Shown in pieces: positions 9,795 through 19,765 of a stretch of 64,000 nucleotides of DNA. The notes beneath the pieces are model-generated. The model made no database searches and had not been told where the DNA came from. It saw only the letters and a list, made by a program, of their open reading frames with translations. Made by a program: the position numbers and the translations under genes. Location of the stretch: assembly GCA_037388025.1 (NCBI GenBank), contig JARRKO010000006.1:57067-121066 (forward strand), read 5' to 3'. This DNA comes from Syntrophobacterales bacterium (GTDB lineage Bacteria > Desulfobacterota > Desulfobaccia > Desulfobaccales > 0-14-0-80-60-11). Every line of letters starts with the position of its first letter. Within the stretch, counting starts at the first letter, position 1.

Positions 9795-11321
9795 TTATCG
9801 TTTGTTGTGGGCAAAGAATTCTACGATTGCTGTGGCCAAAGCGGGAATGGTATAGTCCTCGGGCTGAATCTGGGGAGTGACGCCGTATTCCTGCAGGGTG
9901 GCGGCGGTGATGGGCCCGATGGCGGCCACTACTGCGGTTTGGGCCAGTTCCTGAAATTTTTCCCGGCCCACCAGCGCGGCAAAATTATGCACCGTGGCGG
10001 AGCTGGCGAAGGTGAGGAGGTCAATCCGGCCGGAGTCGATATCGGGACGGGCCTCGGCGGGGATGCCGGCGGGCTGTCTGGCCTGGTAAACCGGCGCCAC
10101 CTCCACCTGAACCCCGGCCTGGGCCAGGATTTCCGGCAACACCTCGCGCGCGGCCTGGGCCCGAGCCAAGAGCACCCGGGAGCCGGGGGCGATTTGGGGT
10201 AAGAGGGCCGCGGCCAGGTCCTCCGCTTGAAAGCGGGCCGGCACCACGTCGGCCACCAGACCCCGCTCCCGAAGGGCCTGGGCCGTGGCCGGGCCGATGG
10301 CCGCCAGCTTGGCCTTGCCCAGGGCCCGCACATCCAAGCCCTTGTCGAACAGCCTCTGAAAAAAGGCCGCCACGCCGTTGGCGCTGGTGAAAATCACCCA
10401 GGCATAATCGGGCAGGTGCTCCAAGGCCCTATCCCAGGGGCCGAGGTCATCGGGGGGGATGATTTCCAGGGTGGGCACCTCCAAACACCGGGCCCCCGCT
10501 GCGGACAAAAGTTCCACCAAGGCGCTGGCCTGCTCCCGAGTGCGGGTAACCACTACGGTCTTGCCGTACAGGGGACGTTTCTCCCACCAGGCCAGACGCT
10601 CCCGGAGAGCCGCCACGCCCCCCACCACCAAAATGGCCGGGGGCTGAATACCGGCCTCCTGGGCTCTGTCGGCCATGTCCGCCAGTGTTCCCGACACGGT
10701 GCGCTGGGTGGGCAGGGTGCCGGACTGAATCACCGCGGCCGGCGTGTCAGGCGGCCGCCCGGCCTGCACCAGCCTCCGGCAGTTTTCCGCCAGATTCTTG
10801 ACCCCCATGAGAAAGACCAGGGTCCCGGGGTTGGCTCCCAGGTTGTCCCAGGGGATGGTGCTCTCCGGCTTGGTGGGGTCTTCGTGGCCGGTGACGAAGG
10901 TGACCAGGGTGGTGTGGTCCCGGTGGGTCACGGGGATCCCGGCATAGGCCGGCACCGCCACCGCGGAGGTGACCCCGGGCACCACCTCGAAAGGCACCCC
11001 CGCGGCTGCCAGGGCCTCCGCTTCCTCGCCCCCCCGGCCGAAAACAAAGGGGTCGCCGCCTTTGAGGCGCACCACCATGAAGCCGGCCTTGGCCCTGTCC
11101 ACCAAAAGCTCATTGATGCCCCCCTGGGGCAGGGTGTGAGCCCCGGCTTTTTTCCCCACATAAATGATTTCGGCCCCGGGCCGCGCCTGGTGGAGGAGTT
11201 CCGGGCTGGCCAGCTGGTCATAGACGATGACGTCCGCCCGGGCCAGGAGTTTCTGGCCCTTCACGGTCATCAGGCCCGGGTCCCCGGGCCCGGCGCCCAC
11301 CAAGTAGACTTTTCCAGACAT
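9795..11321 (-). CDS. cobA: Uroporphyrinogen-III C-methyltransferase / uroporphyrinogen-III synthase fusion (CobA-HemD)
   Basis: [27 protein letters not shown]; HemD motifs [20 protein letters not shown]. Confidence 0.95.
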   Translation of the reverse strand: MSGKVYLVGAGPGDPGLMTVKGQKLLARADVIVYDQLASPELLHQARPGAEIIYVGKKAGAHTLPQGGINELLVDRAKAGFMVVRLKGGDPFVFGRGGEEAEALAAAGVPFEVVPGVTSAVAVPAYAGIPVTHRDHTTLVTFVTGHEDPTKPESTIPWDNLGANPGTLVFLMGVKNLAENCRRLVQAGRPPDTPAAVIQSGTLPTQRTVSGTLADMADRAQEAGIQPPAILVVGGVAALRERLAWWEKRPLYGKTVVVTRTREQASALVELLSAAGARCLEVPTLEIIPPDDLGPWDRALEHLPDYAWVIFTSANGVAAFFQRLFDKGLDVRALGKAKLAAIGPATAQALRERGLVADVVPARFQAEDLAAALLPQIAPGSRVLLARAQAAREVLPEILAQAGVQVEVAPVYQARQPAGIPAEARPDIDSGRIDLLTFASSATVHNFAALVGREKFQELAQTAVVAAIGPITAATLQEYGVTPQIQPEDYTIPALATAIVEFFAHNKR

Positions 11322-11389
11322 AGTTTTTGATTATAACAGGATTAAGAGGTAGAATTGAGCAACCTTGAGAAATTTGTGGGAAAAGTTCG

Positions 11390-11869
11390 GTGCACTGTCC
11401 CAAATGCGGCAAAACCCTTGACCCCGCCTGTCACGGCGATCTGGTCTGCGACGGAGACATCTTTTGCGACCAGTGTCACAGGTATGACCGCCGGCTCTTG
11501 GATCTGCAATCCTTGGAGGAAATCGTCCATTGGAACCGCCGTATTTGTCAGGCCTTCGGCTATCCGCCGCCGACCCTGACCACGGCGGCTTCGCCCCCCT
11601 TGGTGGAAGGACCCTTTGACTTCCTAAAGGATAAAAAGCTCCTGATGGCCGAGGCCGACCACCGGGATGGGGTCATCGTGCTCTATGCCTCGGGCCTCCG
11701 TCTCGCCACCCTCTGCCACGAATTGGCCCATCTGATAACCGGTCAGGACCACACCGAGGCTTGGGCCAGGACCTTCGCCCAATTGGTAGCCTGGGTGAAA
11801 GAGCAGCTTCCCCCCGATCACTTTACCGCCGGCATGTTTGTCAATCTGCTGAAGTCTTCGGAGGAGTGA
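11390..11869 (+). CDS. Hypothetical protein: Cys-rich zinc finger plus HExxH metalloprotease-like domain
   Basis: CPKC...CDQCH; LCHELAHLITGQDH; GTG start. Confidence 0.65.
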   Translation: MHCPKCGKTLDPACHGDLVCDGDIFCDQCHRYDRRLLDLQSLEEIVHWNRRICQAFGYPPPTLTTAASPPLVEGPFDFLKDKKLLMAEADHRDGVIVLYASGLRLATLCHELAHLITGQDHTEAWARTFAQLVAWVKEQLPPDHFTAGMFVNLLKSSEE

Positions 11870-11872
11870 GGT

Positions 11873-12454
11873 TTATTTGTGCTCCAGGCCGCAGGCATGG
11901 CGGTTTTCGATGGCCGACACCACCCCTTCATACCTCTCGTGAATCATCCGGCGGTCAAACTCCCACATCTTCGAAAGCATGGCGTCTTTTTCCGGAGCCG
12001 TGAAGTATTCCATGCAAGGAATGAAAAAGTGCTGGTCTTCCGTGATGATGTGCTTGGGATACATGGCGGTGAGCTTGTCCAAATAAGATAAAATCTGATT
12101 CGCCGCGTCCGGTTCCTGCCTGAGATAGTTCTCCTTGGCTTTGACCAGTTCCTTGGTGTATTCCCGGGCTCGGACATGCTCCTCGGTGAGGTCGTCCATG
12201 ATCTTTTTCAGGTCCGGGGCGAGATCCTTGTTGGCCAACTCCGCAAATAGGATTTTCTCTTCCTTCCCATGGTGGCACCTGTGTGCGTAAACCCACAGAA
12301 AATCCACCGCAGTGTCAATAAATATCGGGTCCACAAAGGCGAACTCCGGGTCCACTAAAATGTTCGCCCGGATACGCTCCAGTTCCTGGCGCATGAGGCT
12401 CACCATGCGCTCAATAAGCCGATGCTCCATCATCAACGGGGCAATGGGTTGCAT
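11873..12454 (-). CDS. Hemerythrin (HHE) domain protein
   Basis: EHRLI, HHGKEE, EEH, HIITED motifs. Confidence 0.88.
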   Translation of the reverse strand: MQPIAPLMMEHRLIERMVSLMRQELERIRANILVDPEFAFVDPIFIDTAVDFLWVYAHRCHHGKEEKILFAELANKDLAPDLKKIMDDLTEEHVRAREYTKELVKAKENYLRQEPDAANQILSYLDKLTAMYPKHIITEDQHFFIPCMEYFTAPEKDAMLSKMWEFDRRMIHERYEGVVSAIENRHACGLEHK

Positions 12455-12476
12455 TTGGGGCTCCTATGGGTTTGAG

Positions 12477-12650
12477 GGGAGGGCCGGGGGATCACAAGGC
12501 CCCCCGCCCTCCCCTCCATCCTTTAACCGGGAGCACAGGCGTCTCGCCTGTGTTTCTCCCCCTCCAGCTCCCCTCCCAATCCCCCTTAAGGGATTGGGGG
12601 AGGGGGTTTGGGGGAGGGGGTAAGGGGCCACCGCCCCTTAGCCCCCTCAC
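12477..12650. repeat. Cluster of GC-rich intergenic palindromes (REP-like)
   Basis: GGGGAGGGCCGGGG...CCCCCGCCCTCCCC and CTCCCAATCCCCCTTAAGGGATTGGGGG hairpins. Confidence 0.5.
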
Positions 12651-12659
12651 CCAAGTAAC

Positions 12660-13778
12660 TCATACCTTCTCCAACTCATACTCCCTGGTCCCCAGGCCCA
12701 GGTGTTCGGCGTATTCCAGTTGCAGAGGCCAGTCGATATGGGGGTAAATGTCTTTGAATTTATCCACCCCGGGGGAGAAGTCCTTCAGTCGGGAGCCGTG
12801 GAGGCCGGGGGCCTGGTTCACCAGGTCGACACAGGCCTGGTCAATGGCCACGGGGTCGGTGCCGGCCAGGATGCCGATGTCCCCCACAATGGGGAAATCG
12901 TTGTAGCCGTAGCAGTCGCATTCCGGGGATACCTGGGTGACGAAGTTGATGAACAAGGCCCGGTCCTTTTTACTGAGCATGACCCCGTAAGCGTATTCCA
13001 TCATTTTTTTCAGGAACACCGGGATGGTTTCGTTCCACTGAATCTGGATGTTGCCGTAAGGACACACAGCGATGCACTCGGCGCAACCCACGCAGGTTTT
13101 GGGATCGATGACCGCCCTTTCGGTCTCCGGGTTGATATGAATGGCCTCCACCGCGCAGTGAGCCACGCATTCGCCGCAGCCGGTGCACTTCTTTTCGGTG
13201 ATCACCGGCGAGATGTTGCTGTGTTGGGCCATCTTGCCTTTGCGGGAGGCGCCGCCCATGCAAAGGTTTTTGAGGGCGCCGCCAAAGCCCGCCATTTCGT
13301 GGCCCTTGAAGTGGGTCAGGGCCACCAGACCCTCAGCCTCCCAGAGGGCCTCGGCCAGAAAGACGCTCTTGAACTGCTCCTTGTTGATCTCCACCTCTAC
13401 TTCGGCCTTGCCGGTGAGGCCGTCGGCGATGACTACCGGGGCCCGGGTGACGGCGTAAGCAAAGCCGTTTTCGATGGCGGTGGTGAGATGGCTCACGGCC
13501 TGGGTGCGGGTGCCGATGTACAGGGTGTTGCTGTCCGTGAGAAAGGGGTTGGCCCCGCCGTTCCAAAGCTCATCCACCACCAGGCGCACGAAATTGGGGC
13601 GGATGTAGGAGGTGTTGCCTTTTTCCCCGAAGTGGATCTTCACCGCAATGAGGGGCCGCTTTTTCCGGCGCTGGATAATGCTTTTCACCTCCAGGGCCTT
13701 CAGGAGCTTGCCGAACTTCTGGAAATTGGTTTCCTTGAGGGAAGCTCGAAGGTCCATGAAGTAGATTTTGCTTGGCAC
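12660..13778 (-). CDS. DUF362 domain protein with 2x[4Fe-4S] ferredoxin
   Basis: KIHFGEKGN, THFKGH, GGALKN, CTGCGEC/CVGCAEC, DPVAIDQA. Confidence 0.9.
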   Translation of the reverse strand: MPSKIYFMDLRASLKETNFQKFGKLLKALEVKSIIQRRKKRPLIAVKIHFGEKGNTSYIRPNFVRLVVDELWNGGANPFLTDSNTLYIGTRTQAVSHLTTAIENGFAYAVTRAPVVIADGLTGKAEVEVEINKEQFKSVFLAEALWEAEGLVALTHFKGHEMAGFGGALKNLCMGGASRKGKMAQHSNISPVITEKKCTGCGECVAHCAVEAIHINPETERAVIDPKTCVGCAECIAVCPYGNIQIQWNETIPVFLKKMMEYAYGVMLSKKDRALFINFVTQVSPECDCYGYNDFPIVGDIGILAGTDPVAIDQACVDLVNQAPGLHGSRLKDFSPGVDKFKDIYPHIDWPLQLEYAEHLGLGTREYELEKV

Positions 13779-13906
13779 CGCTGATCATCTTACTTATTTT
13801 AAAATTAATTCCTAAATGAATAGGGATAAAAAAATTTCTTTTGATGAAGAATTGCCGCAGCGAGAGGCAATAAAACTCCCTCTCCAGGGTATTATTTTTT
13901 CTGATC

Positions 13907-15187
13907 TTAAGTCCTTCCACCCATCGCCTTCCCGCCGCATATAGTCATCACCGCCTTACCTTTCAGATTCCACCCCTGAAACGGACAGTTCCTGCTCCTG
14001 GACGCGAAAGTATTGGCGTCCACGGTCCATTCCCGGTTGATATCGATGAGGGTAACGTCAGCGGGGGAGCCGGGCGCCAGGGTCCCCCCGGAGAGGCGCA
14101 GGATGCGGGCCGGGTTGGTGGACATTTTAGCAATGAGCTGGCCCAAGGTCAAAACCCCCTCGTGCACCAGCCTGAGGCTCAAGCCCAGAGAGGTCTCCAG
14201 GCCGATGAGGCCGAAACCCGCCTCGGCAAACTCCACGTCTTTTTCCATGACACTGTGAGGGGCGTGGTCGCAGGCGATGGCATCCAGGGTGCCGTCGGTC
14301 AGGCCCTCCAGGATGGCCATTCTGTCCCACTCGCTCCGCAAGGGCGGATTTACCTTGGCATTGGTGTCATAGCCCTCCACCGCTTCGTCGGTGAGGGTGA
14401 AATGATGGGGTGTGGCCTCCGCGGTGATGCCCATCTCAGACAGCTTGGCTTCCCTGATGATGGCCACGCTGCCGGCGGTGCTGACGTGGGCGATATGCAG
14501 CCGGGACCCGGTGAGCCGGGCCAGGCGAATGTCCCGGTATATCATGATTTCTTCCGCCGCCGCGGGCATGCCCGCCAGCCCCAGGCGCACCGACACCTGG
14601 CCCTCGTGCATCACCCCCTCGCCCCTGAGATTTAAGTCCTCGGCGTGGGAAATCACCAGCAGGCCGAAGGTCTTGGCGTATTCCAGGGCCCGGCGCATGA
14701 GCAGGGCATTCATGACGGGTTGGCCGTCATCCGAGACCGCCACACAACCGGCGTCCCTGAGTTCGCCGTATTCGCTCAAATGGGTCCCCAAAGAGCCCTG
14801 GGAAATGGCCCCCACGGGATGGACCCGGGCCCGCCCGAACTTGGCGGCCTGGTCCAAAATGAAGCGGGTCACCGAGGCGTTGTCGTTGACCGGTTTGGTG
14901 TTGGGCATGCAGGCCACCCCGGTAAAGCCGCCCCGGGCGGCGGCCGCAGTGCCGGTCTCCACGGTCTCTTTATATTCCTCCCCGGGTTCCCGCAAGTGGA
15001 CGTGCATGTCGATGAGGCCGGGGACTACTACCAGATCCCGGGCATCGATGACTTCCCGGCCTTCCACAGGAATGGTCCCCGGAGGTTCCAGAACGGCGAT
15101 CTTGCCGTCCTCGATCAACACGTCCCGTACATCTTCCAGACCCTGAGCCGGGTCCACCACCAGGCCGCCGAAAATAAGAAGACTCAT
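13907..15187 (-). CDS. pyrC: Dihydroorotase
   Basis: PGLIDMHVHLREPG, CMPNT, KVNPPLR, DHAPH. Confidence 0.96.
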   Translation of the reverse strand: MSLLIFGGLVVDPAQGLEDVRDVLIEDGKIAVLEPPGTIPVEGREVIDARDLVVVPGLIDMHVHLREPGEEYKETVETGTAAAARGGFTGVACMPNTKPVNDNASVTRFILDQAAKFGRARVHPVGAISQGSLGTHLSEYGELRDAGCVAVSDDGQPVMNALLMRRALEYAKTFGLLVISHAEDLNLRGEGVMHEGQVSVRLGLAGMPAAAEEIMIYRDIRLARLTGSRLHIAHVSTAGSVAIIREAKLSEMGITAEATPHHFTLTDEAVEGYDTNAKVNPPLRSEWDRMAILEGLTDGTLDAIACDHAPHSVMEKDVEFAEAGFGLIGLETSLGLSLRLVHEGVLTLGQLIAKMSTNPARILRLSGGTLAPGSPADVTLIDINREWTVDANTFASRSRNCPFQGWNLKGKAVMTICGGKAMGGRT

Positions 15188-15248
15188 GGCTGGTTCCGTC
15201 TTTTGGGAAAAATTGATTTTGACAAAGGACGCCGGGGGTAACTGGCTT

Positions 15249-15276
15249 TAAGCTTTAAGCAATAAGCCTTAAGCTT
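15249..15276. repeat. Heptamer tandem repeat (TAAGCNN)x4
   Basis: TAAGCTT TAAGCAA TAAGCCT TAAGCTT in the pyrB-pyrC spacer. Confidence 0.7.
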
Positions 15277-15391
15277 TTTGGGTTACAGCTCAATTACCCT
15301 TACCCCTCTTCCAAGCCCTTACTTATCATCGAGAAACGTAATTGATTGGCCCATTACAGGTAATCAAGCTGATAAATTACCTTAATTAATT

Positions 15392-15419
15392 CTGATCACT
15401 GATCACTGATCACTGGTCA
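15392..15419. repeat. Heptamer tandem repeat (CTGATCA)x4
   Basis: CTGATCA x3 plus CTGGTCA just 3' of pyrB. Confidence 0.8.
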
Positions 15420-15456
15420 TTGCTGGTAGATGTGGTCCCCCGGCCCTCCCCTCAAA

Positions 15457-16383
15457 TTACCCCTTTTCGCCGCCGATGAGCAAAAGGAGCACTGCCATGC
15501 GCACCGCCACGCCGTTGGTCACCTGCTCCAGGATGACGGAGCGGGGGCCGTCGGCCACTTCCGGCGAGATTTCCACCCCTCGGTTCAGCGGCCCCGGGTG
15601 CATGATGATGGCGTCTTCTTTGGCCAATTCCAGATGTCTCAGGGCCAAACCGAAGTGGGTGGCGTACTCCCGCAGGGTGGAAAGATACATCTGCCCCATA
15701 CGCTCGAGTTGGAGGCGCAGCATCATGATGACGTCCGCGTCCTCAACGGCTTCCTCCAAAGAATAGGTCACCCTGGCCCCCAGAGTATCGAGGTAAGGCG
15801 GCATCATGGTGGCAGGGCCGGCCACCACCACCTCGGCGCCCATCTTGGTGAGGCCATGGATATTGGAGCGGGCCACCCGGGAGTGGGCGATATCACCAAT
15901 AATGGCAACCTTCAAGCCGGCAAGCCGGCCCTTGGCATCCAGGATCGTCAGCAGATCGAGGAGCGCCTGGGTGGGGTGTTCGTGGAGGCCGTCTCCGGCG
16001 TTGATAACCCCGCATTTGAGCTTTTTGGCCAGAAAATGCGGCGCGCCCGAGGCCTGATGGCGGATGACCAGCAGGTCCGGTCGCATGGCTTCGAGGTTGT
16101 GGGCCGTATCCGCCAGGACCTCCCCTTTGACCGCGCTGCTGGCGGAAACCGTAAGATTGACGGTGTCGGCGGAGAGGCGCTTGGCGGCAATCTCGAAGGA
16201 CATGCGGGTCCGGGTGCTGGGCTCATAAAAAAGCGTCGCCACGGTTCTGCCTCGGAGGGTGGGGACCTTCTTGATGGTCCGGGCGGAGATCTCCTTCAAA
16301 GAAGAAGCCGTATCCAGGATAAACTGAATCTCCTCGGCGGAGAGGTCAGCCATGCCCAGGAGGTCCTTGTGCCGGAGTTCCAT
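15457..16383 (-). CDS. pyrB: Aspartate carbamoyltransferase catalytic subunit
   Basis: [34 protein letters not shown]. Confidence 0.97.
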   Translation of the reverse strand: MELRHKDLLGMADLSAEEIQFILDTASSLKEISARTIKKVPTLRGRTVATLFYEPSTRTRMSFEIAAKRLSADTVNLTVSASSAVKGEVLADTAHNLEAMRPDLLVIRHQASGAPHFLAKKLKCGVINAGDGLHEHPTQALLDLLTILDAKGRLAGLKVAIIGDIAHSRVARSNIHGLTKMGAEVVVAGPATMMPPYLDTLGARVTYSLEEAVEDADVIMMLRLQLERMGQMYLSTLREYATHFGLALRHLELAKEDAIIMHPGPLNRGVEISPEVADGPRSVILEQVTNGVAVRMAVLLLLIGGEKG

Positions 16384-16528
16384 GTAGTCAACCTGTTGAT
16401 AGAGGGAAGGCCTTGACCCCGAATCTTACGGCGATCATGGCCGGTTCCCCAGGAGATTGGTGCACCAAGTTTTACCATCCCTTGGCGGTGAATTCAAGCA
16501 GAATCTCCTGGAAATTTTCGCGGGCATA

Positions 16529-16557
16529 TTGACAAGGAGGATCAGGATTCTTATCTT
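16529..16557 (+). promoter_or_regulatory. Putative sigma70 promoter of the Hsp20 gene
   Basis: TTGACA-N17-TATCTT. Confidence 0.6.
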
Positions 16558-16605
16558 AAATACTGGAAATTCCAACTAATTTTAAAATATTTAGGAGGTG
16601 GTTGT

Positions 16606-17052
16606 ATGGACCTCATACAATGGAGACCCTTTCGGGAAGTCTCCCGCCTGCGCAATGAAATGGATCGCCTCTGGGATGAATATTTCGGCGCCGGGCGCCG
16701 GGCCTTCCGGTTGGAAGAAGAAGCTTGGCTGCCGGCGGTGGATGTCTCGGAAACCGGCGACAAGATCACGGTCAAAGCCGAAATCCCTGGCATGGAAGCC
16801 AAGGACATCGAGATTTCCATGGTGGGCGACACCCTCACCATTAAGGGAGAGAAAAAGGCCGAGACAGAGGAAAAGGACGAAAACTATCACATGGTGGAGC
16901 GCACCTACGGTTCCTTCAGCCGGGCCATGAAGCTCCCGGCGGTGGTGGACGCGGAAAAAGTGGAAGCTACCTACAAAAATGGGGTGTTGACCGTGGTTCT
17001 TCCCAAGATGGAAGAGGTCAAGCCCAAGGCCATCGAAATCAAAGCTGAGTAA
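16606..17052 (+). CDS. Hsp20/alpha-crystallin small heat shock protein
   Basis: PAVDVSE, ERTYGSFSR, ATYKNGVLTVVLPK; AGGAGG RBS. Confidence 0.96.
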   Translation: MDLIQWRPFREVSRLRNEMDRLWDEYFGAGRRAFRLEEEAWLPAVDVSETGDKITVKAEIPGMEAKDIEISMVGDTLTIKGEKKAETEEKDENYHMVERTYGSFSRAMKLPAVVDAEKVEATYKNGVLTVVLPKMEEVKPKAIEIKAE

Positions 17053-17111
17053 CGATTTTCACGGAAATTCCCCTCAGTTCCTTGTTTCTCCGGAACCGGG
17101 GGCGGAAAAAG

Positions 17112-17140
17112 GAAGGGGGCGCAGGCCCCCTCCTTGTCTT
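17112..17140 (+). terminator. Possible intrinsic terminator after Hsp20
   Basis: GAAGGGGGC-GCAG-GCCCCCTCC hairpin followed by a T-rich tract. Confidence 0.5.
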
Positions 17141-17213
17141 TGGAGCTTGATTCCCCCGCTGCCATGAGTTAACGTTAGAGTCAGGAAACTCAATAAAGAC
17201 GAAGGAAACCTCA

Positions 17214-17663
17214 ATGAACGCTGAATTGAAGCCCCTGATCGAGCAGGCCATCCGTCAAGAAGAGTTGTCCCACGAGTTTTATAACCGCTTGGCCAAGGCT
17301 GTCGCCCATAAGGATACCAAGGAGACCCTGGAATGGCTGGCCAAGGATGAACTGGAGCACAAGGCCTTTTTGGAGTCCTGTCTGACTCCTACGGGTTGCA
17401 CCCTGGTGGGTCAGGCCCAGGATACGCACCTGGCGGAAGTCATGAAAACCCCGGCCATCAATCCTGATATGACGCCCAAGGAGGCCTTGATGGTGGCCAT
17501 GAAGCGGGAGGAAGGCTCCTACCATTTCTACCAGCGGCTGGCCAGCCTTCAGCCTCCCGGGGATGCCAAAGCTTTCCTGGAAAAAATGGCCAAAATGGAG
17601 CTGGGCCACAAGCAAAAGGTGGAATACCTTTACGCCAACGCAGCCTTTCCTGAAGTTTGGTAA
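17214..17663 (+). CDS. Ferritin-like/rubrerythrin family di-iron protein
   Basis: Two E..FY / ExxH repeats (DELEH, MELGH). Confidence 0.88.
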   Translation: MNAELKPLIEQAIRQEELSHEFYNRLAKAVAHKDTKETLEWLAKDELEHKAFLESCLTPTGCTLVGQAQDTHLAEVMKTPAINPDMTPKEALMVAMKREEGSYHFYQRLASLQPPGDAKAFLEKMAKMELGHKQKVEYLYANAAFPEVW

Positions 17664-18304
17664 CCCGATCGGAGATGGGGCGGGGGTATCTCATCGCCCT
17701 GGAGGGCGTGGACGGGGCCGGAAAATCCACTCAGGCCATGAGTCTGGCTGCCACCCTGACTCGGTTCGGGCGCCGGGTGCTCCTTACCCAGGAACCCACG
17801 TTCGGACCCGTCGGGCTCCGGCTGCGGGAATACCTGGCCGGGGGGCGGCGCCATTTGACCCCCACCGAGGAGCTGGATCTCTTCCAGAGTGACCGGCGGG
17901 AGCACGTGGCCAAAACCATCCGACCGGCCCTGGATAAAGGCTGGACGGTTATTACCGACCGGTATTATTATTCTTCTGCGGCTTACCAGGGGGCCCTGGG
18001 GATCGATCCTGCAGAAATCCTGGCGGACAGCGAGCTCTTTGCGCCCCGGCCGGACCTCGTGGTCATTTTTACCTTGCCCCTCGACCTGGCCTTGACCCGC
18101 CGCTTGGAGGCCCGGGGTGAGGCCTCCCAGGTGAGCGAAGTCCCGGCCTATCTGGAAAAGGTGGCCGCGATTTATGATGCTTTCGAGGGGCCCCACCTGA
18201 AACATCTGGATGCTGCCGTTTCGGCTTCCCAGGTGTTGGGAAAGCTTTTCGAGTTATCCATGGATGTCCTGGCGGCTGCCAGGACAGGCCATCCCAGGAC
18301 ATAA
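17657..18304 (+). CDS. tmk: Thymidylate kinase
   Basis: LEGVDGAGKSTQ P-loop, TQEPT, DRYYYSSAAYQG; likely ATG at 17675. Confidence 0.93.
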   Translation: MVTRSEMGRGYLIALEGVDGAGKSTQAMSLAATLTRFGRRVLLTQEPTFGPVGLRLREYLAGGRRHLTPTEELDLFQSDRREHVAKTIRPALDKGWTVITDRYYYSSAAYQGALGIDPAEILADSELFAPRPDLVVIFTLPLDLALTRRLEARGEASQVSEVPAYLEKVAAIYDAFEGPHLKHLDAAVSASQVLGKLFELSMDVLAAARTGHPRT

Positions 18305-18318
18305 CCGGAGGCCGCGCC

Positions 18319-18588
18319 ATGTCCATGTGGTTTTATGATGAAATAAAGGAGATGGAGGAGTATCAGCGTCTCCAGAAAGAAATCCGGGCCGTGGAGGGAG
18401 AATACCTGGAATTGCGGGTAGTGCTGCGGGATGCCCAAGAAAAGCTCAAGGCGGAGCCTGACAGCCGGGAATTTCAGGTAAAGGTTCAATACTTGGAGAA
18501 GCGTCTCCAAGCTTTGGAGAAGAAATATCCCTGGCTCGTTTGGGATTCACCCATAGAAGTGGCCCTGTTCTCCCCGCCCCATGGCTGA
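18319..18588 (+). CDS. Hypothetical coiled-coil protein
   Basis: GGAGG RBS; helical composition; paralogous to the next ORF. Confidence 0.75.
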   Translation: MSMWFYDEIKEMEEYQRLQKEIRAVEGEYLELRVVLRDAQEKLKAEPDSREFQVKVQYLEKRLQALEKKYPWLVWDSPIEVALFSPPHG

Positions 18589-18597
18589 GGGTGGGGT

Positions 18598-18858
18598 TTG
18601 CCGGATGCTCCCCTGTGGCGATTGCTGGCGGGGCTTAAGCGATACGACAAGTTCAAGGAGGGGGACCGACCCCTGGAGTTGGTCCACCTGAAAATTCGCA
18701 CTCTGGTCCGGGATATTACCACCGCTCTGGGGCAGGCGCCGGAGAATCAGGAATTACCGGAGCGCCTCAGGCAATTGCAGGAAGACTTGGCTGACCTCGA
18801 GCCTCGGGCTCCGTGGATTGTGACGGATTTTCCGGTGGAAATGGCCCTGTGGGGCTAG
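18598..18858 (+). CDS. Hypothetical protein, paralogue of 18319-18588
   Basis: Gap-free similarity, e.g. APWIVTDFPVEMALW vs YPWLVWDSPIEVALF; TTG start; same frame as the upstream ORF. Confidence 0.55.
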   Translation: MPDAPLWRLLAGLKRYDKFKEGDRPLELVHLKIRTLVRDITTALGQAPENQELPERLRQLQEDLADLEPRAPWIVTDFPVEMALWG

Positions 18859-18978
18859 AGGGCCGGTTTGCTTTAAGACGAAGGATCCCACAAAGCGGGA
18901 TACCCTTGCTGTAGTTACGGCAGAAAGTGGCCGGTTATCTTGACAAGGGGGCGGGCGAAGGTTACATAAAATATTTAC

Positions 18979-19054
18979 GGGCCGTTAACTCAGTTGGTAG
19001 AGTATCTGCCTTTTAAGCAGAGAGTCGCTGGTTCGAATCCAGCACGGCCCACCA
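18979..19054 (+). tRNA. tRNA-Lys(TTT)
   Basis: GGGCCGT/ACGGCCC acceptor stem, TCTGC-CTTTTAA-GCAGA anticodon arm, GTTCGAATC T-loop, encoded CCA. Confidence 0.97.
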
Positions 19055-19074
19055 GATCCACAAGTTAATTTTGC

Positions 19075-19152
19075 GTCCCCATCGTCTAGCCTGGTCCAGG
19101 ACACCGGCCTTTCACGCCGGCGACACCGGTTCAAATCCGGTTGGGGACGCCA
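19075..19152 (+). tRNA. tRNA-Glu(TTC)
   Basis: GTCCCCA/TGGGGAC acceptor stem, CCGGC-CTTTCAC-GCCGG anticodon arm, GTTCAAATC T-loop, encoded CCA. Confidence 0.97.
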
Positions 19153-19358
19153 TGAAATTTCCAGGGATTAGCCGATTAGTTAATCCCTTGACTTATTTAT
19201 AGCCCACCAATAGTCCCACCAATAAACTGGAAGGCTGCCTGATTTTAACCCAGCTCCCTTTCCTAAAAAGCTAAGACGGCCAGCCTTCTCCCCGGATCTG
19301 AGCCGCGGATTGTGGCTCCCGACGGCCGCGGCTGCAAATCCTGTCGATCACTCTACCC

Positions 19359-19697
19359 TCAATTCAATTCATCTTCTATCTCGTCAAATATGTCTTCGAT
19401 ATTATAAAGAAGCCGGTCAGCCTGAGCGAGATTCCAACTGCCTATATTCTCTTCTATACTTTTATGGAGGCTCAGAAGCTTCTCTCGGTGCGGAAGCAGC
19501 ACCTCCCTGAGCTTGGTACCATCGAAAGCATAAAGGAGCTTATCTAACCGAGTAACCAATCCATAGAGAGAGGGATTGCTTTTCACCAGGGGCGCATCCA
19601 GATAGCTGAGATGACGTGCCAGCTTTGGAAAGGCCTGCTCAAAATCTTCCTGATAAAAAGGATTCACCGTAACCGTGATTTGCATGTGTTTGCTCAT
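19359..19697 (-). CDS. Hypothetical protein
   Basis: 112-aa ORF with GAGG RBS and protein-like helical composition. Confidence 0.7.
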   Translation of the reverse strand: MSKHMQITVTVNPFYQEDFEQAFPKLARHLSYLDAPLVKSNPSLYGLVTRLDKLLYAFDGTKLREVLLPHREKLLSLHKSIEENIGSWNLAQADRLLYNIEDIFDEIEDELN

Positions 19698-19765
19698 GGT
19701 TGATTTCCTCAGGTCAAATCCCCCTGCAAGGTCTAACAGTAATGACTTTATCAGTTAGGGACTGT

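Noticed and set aside
16500-16605. CIRCE element upstream of Hsp20
   Set aside because: No TTAGCACTC-N9-GAGTGCTAA present
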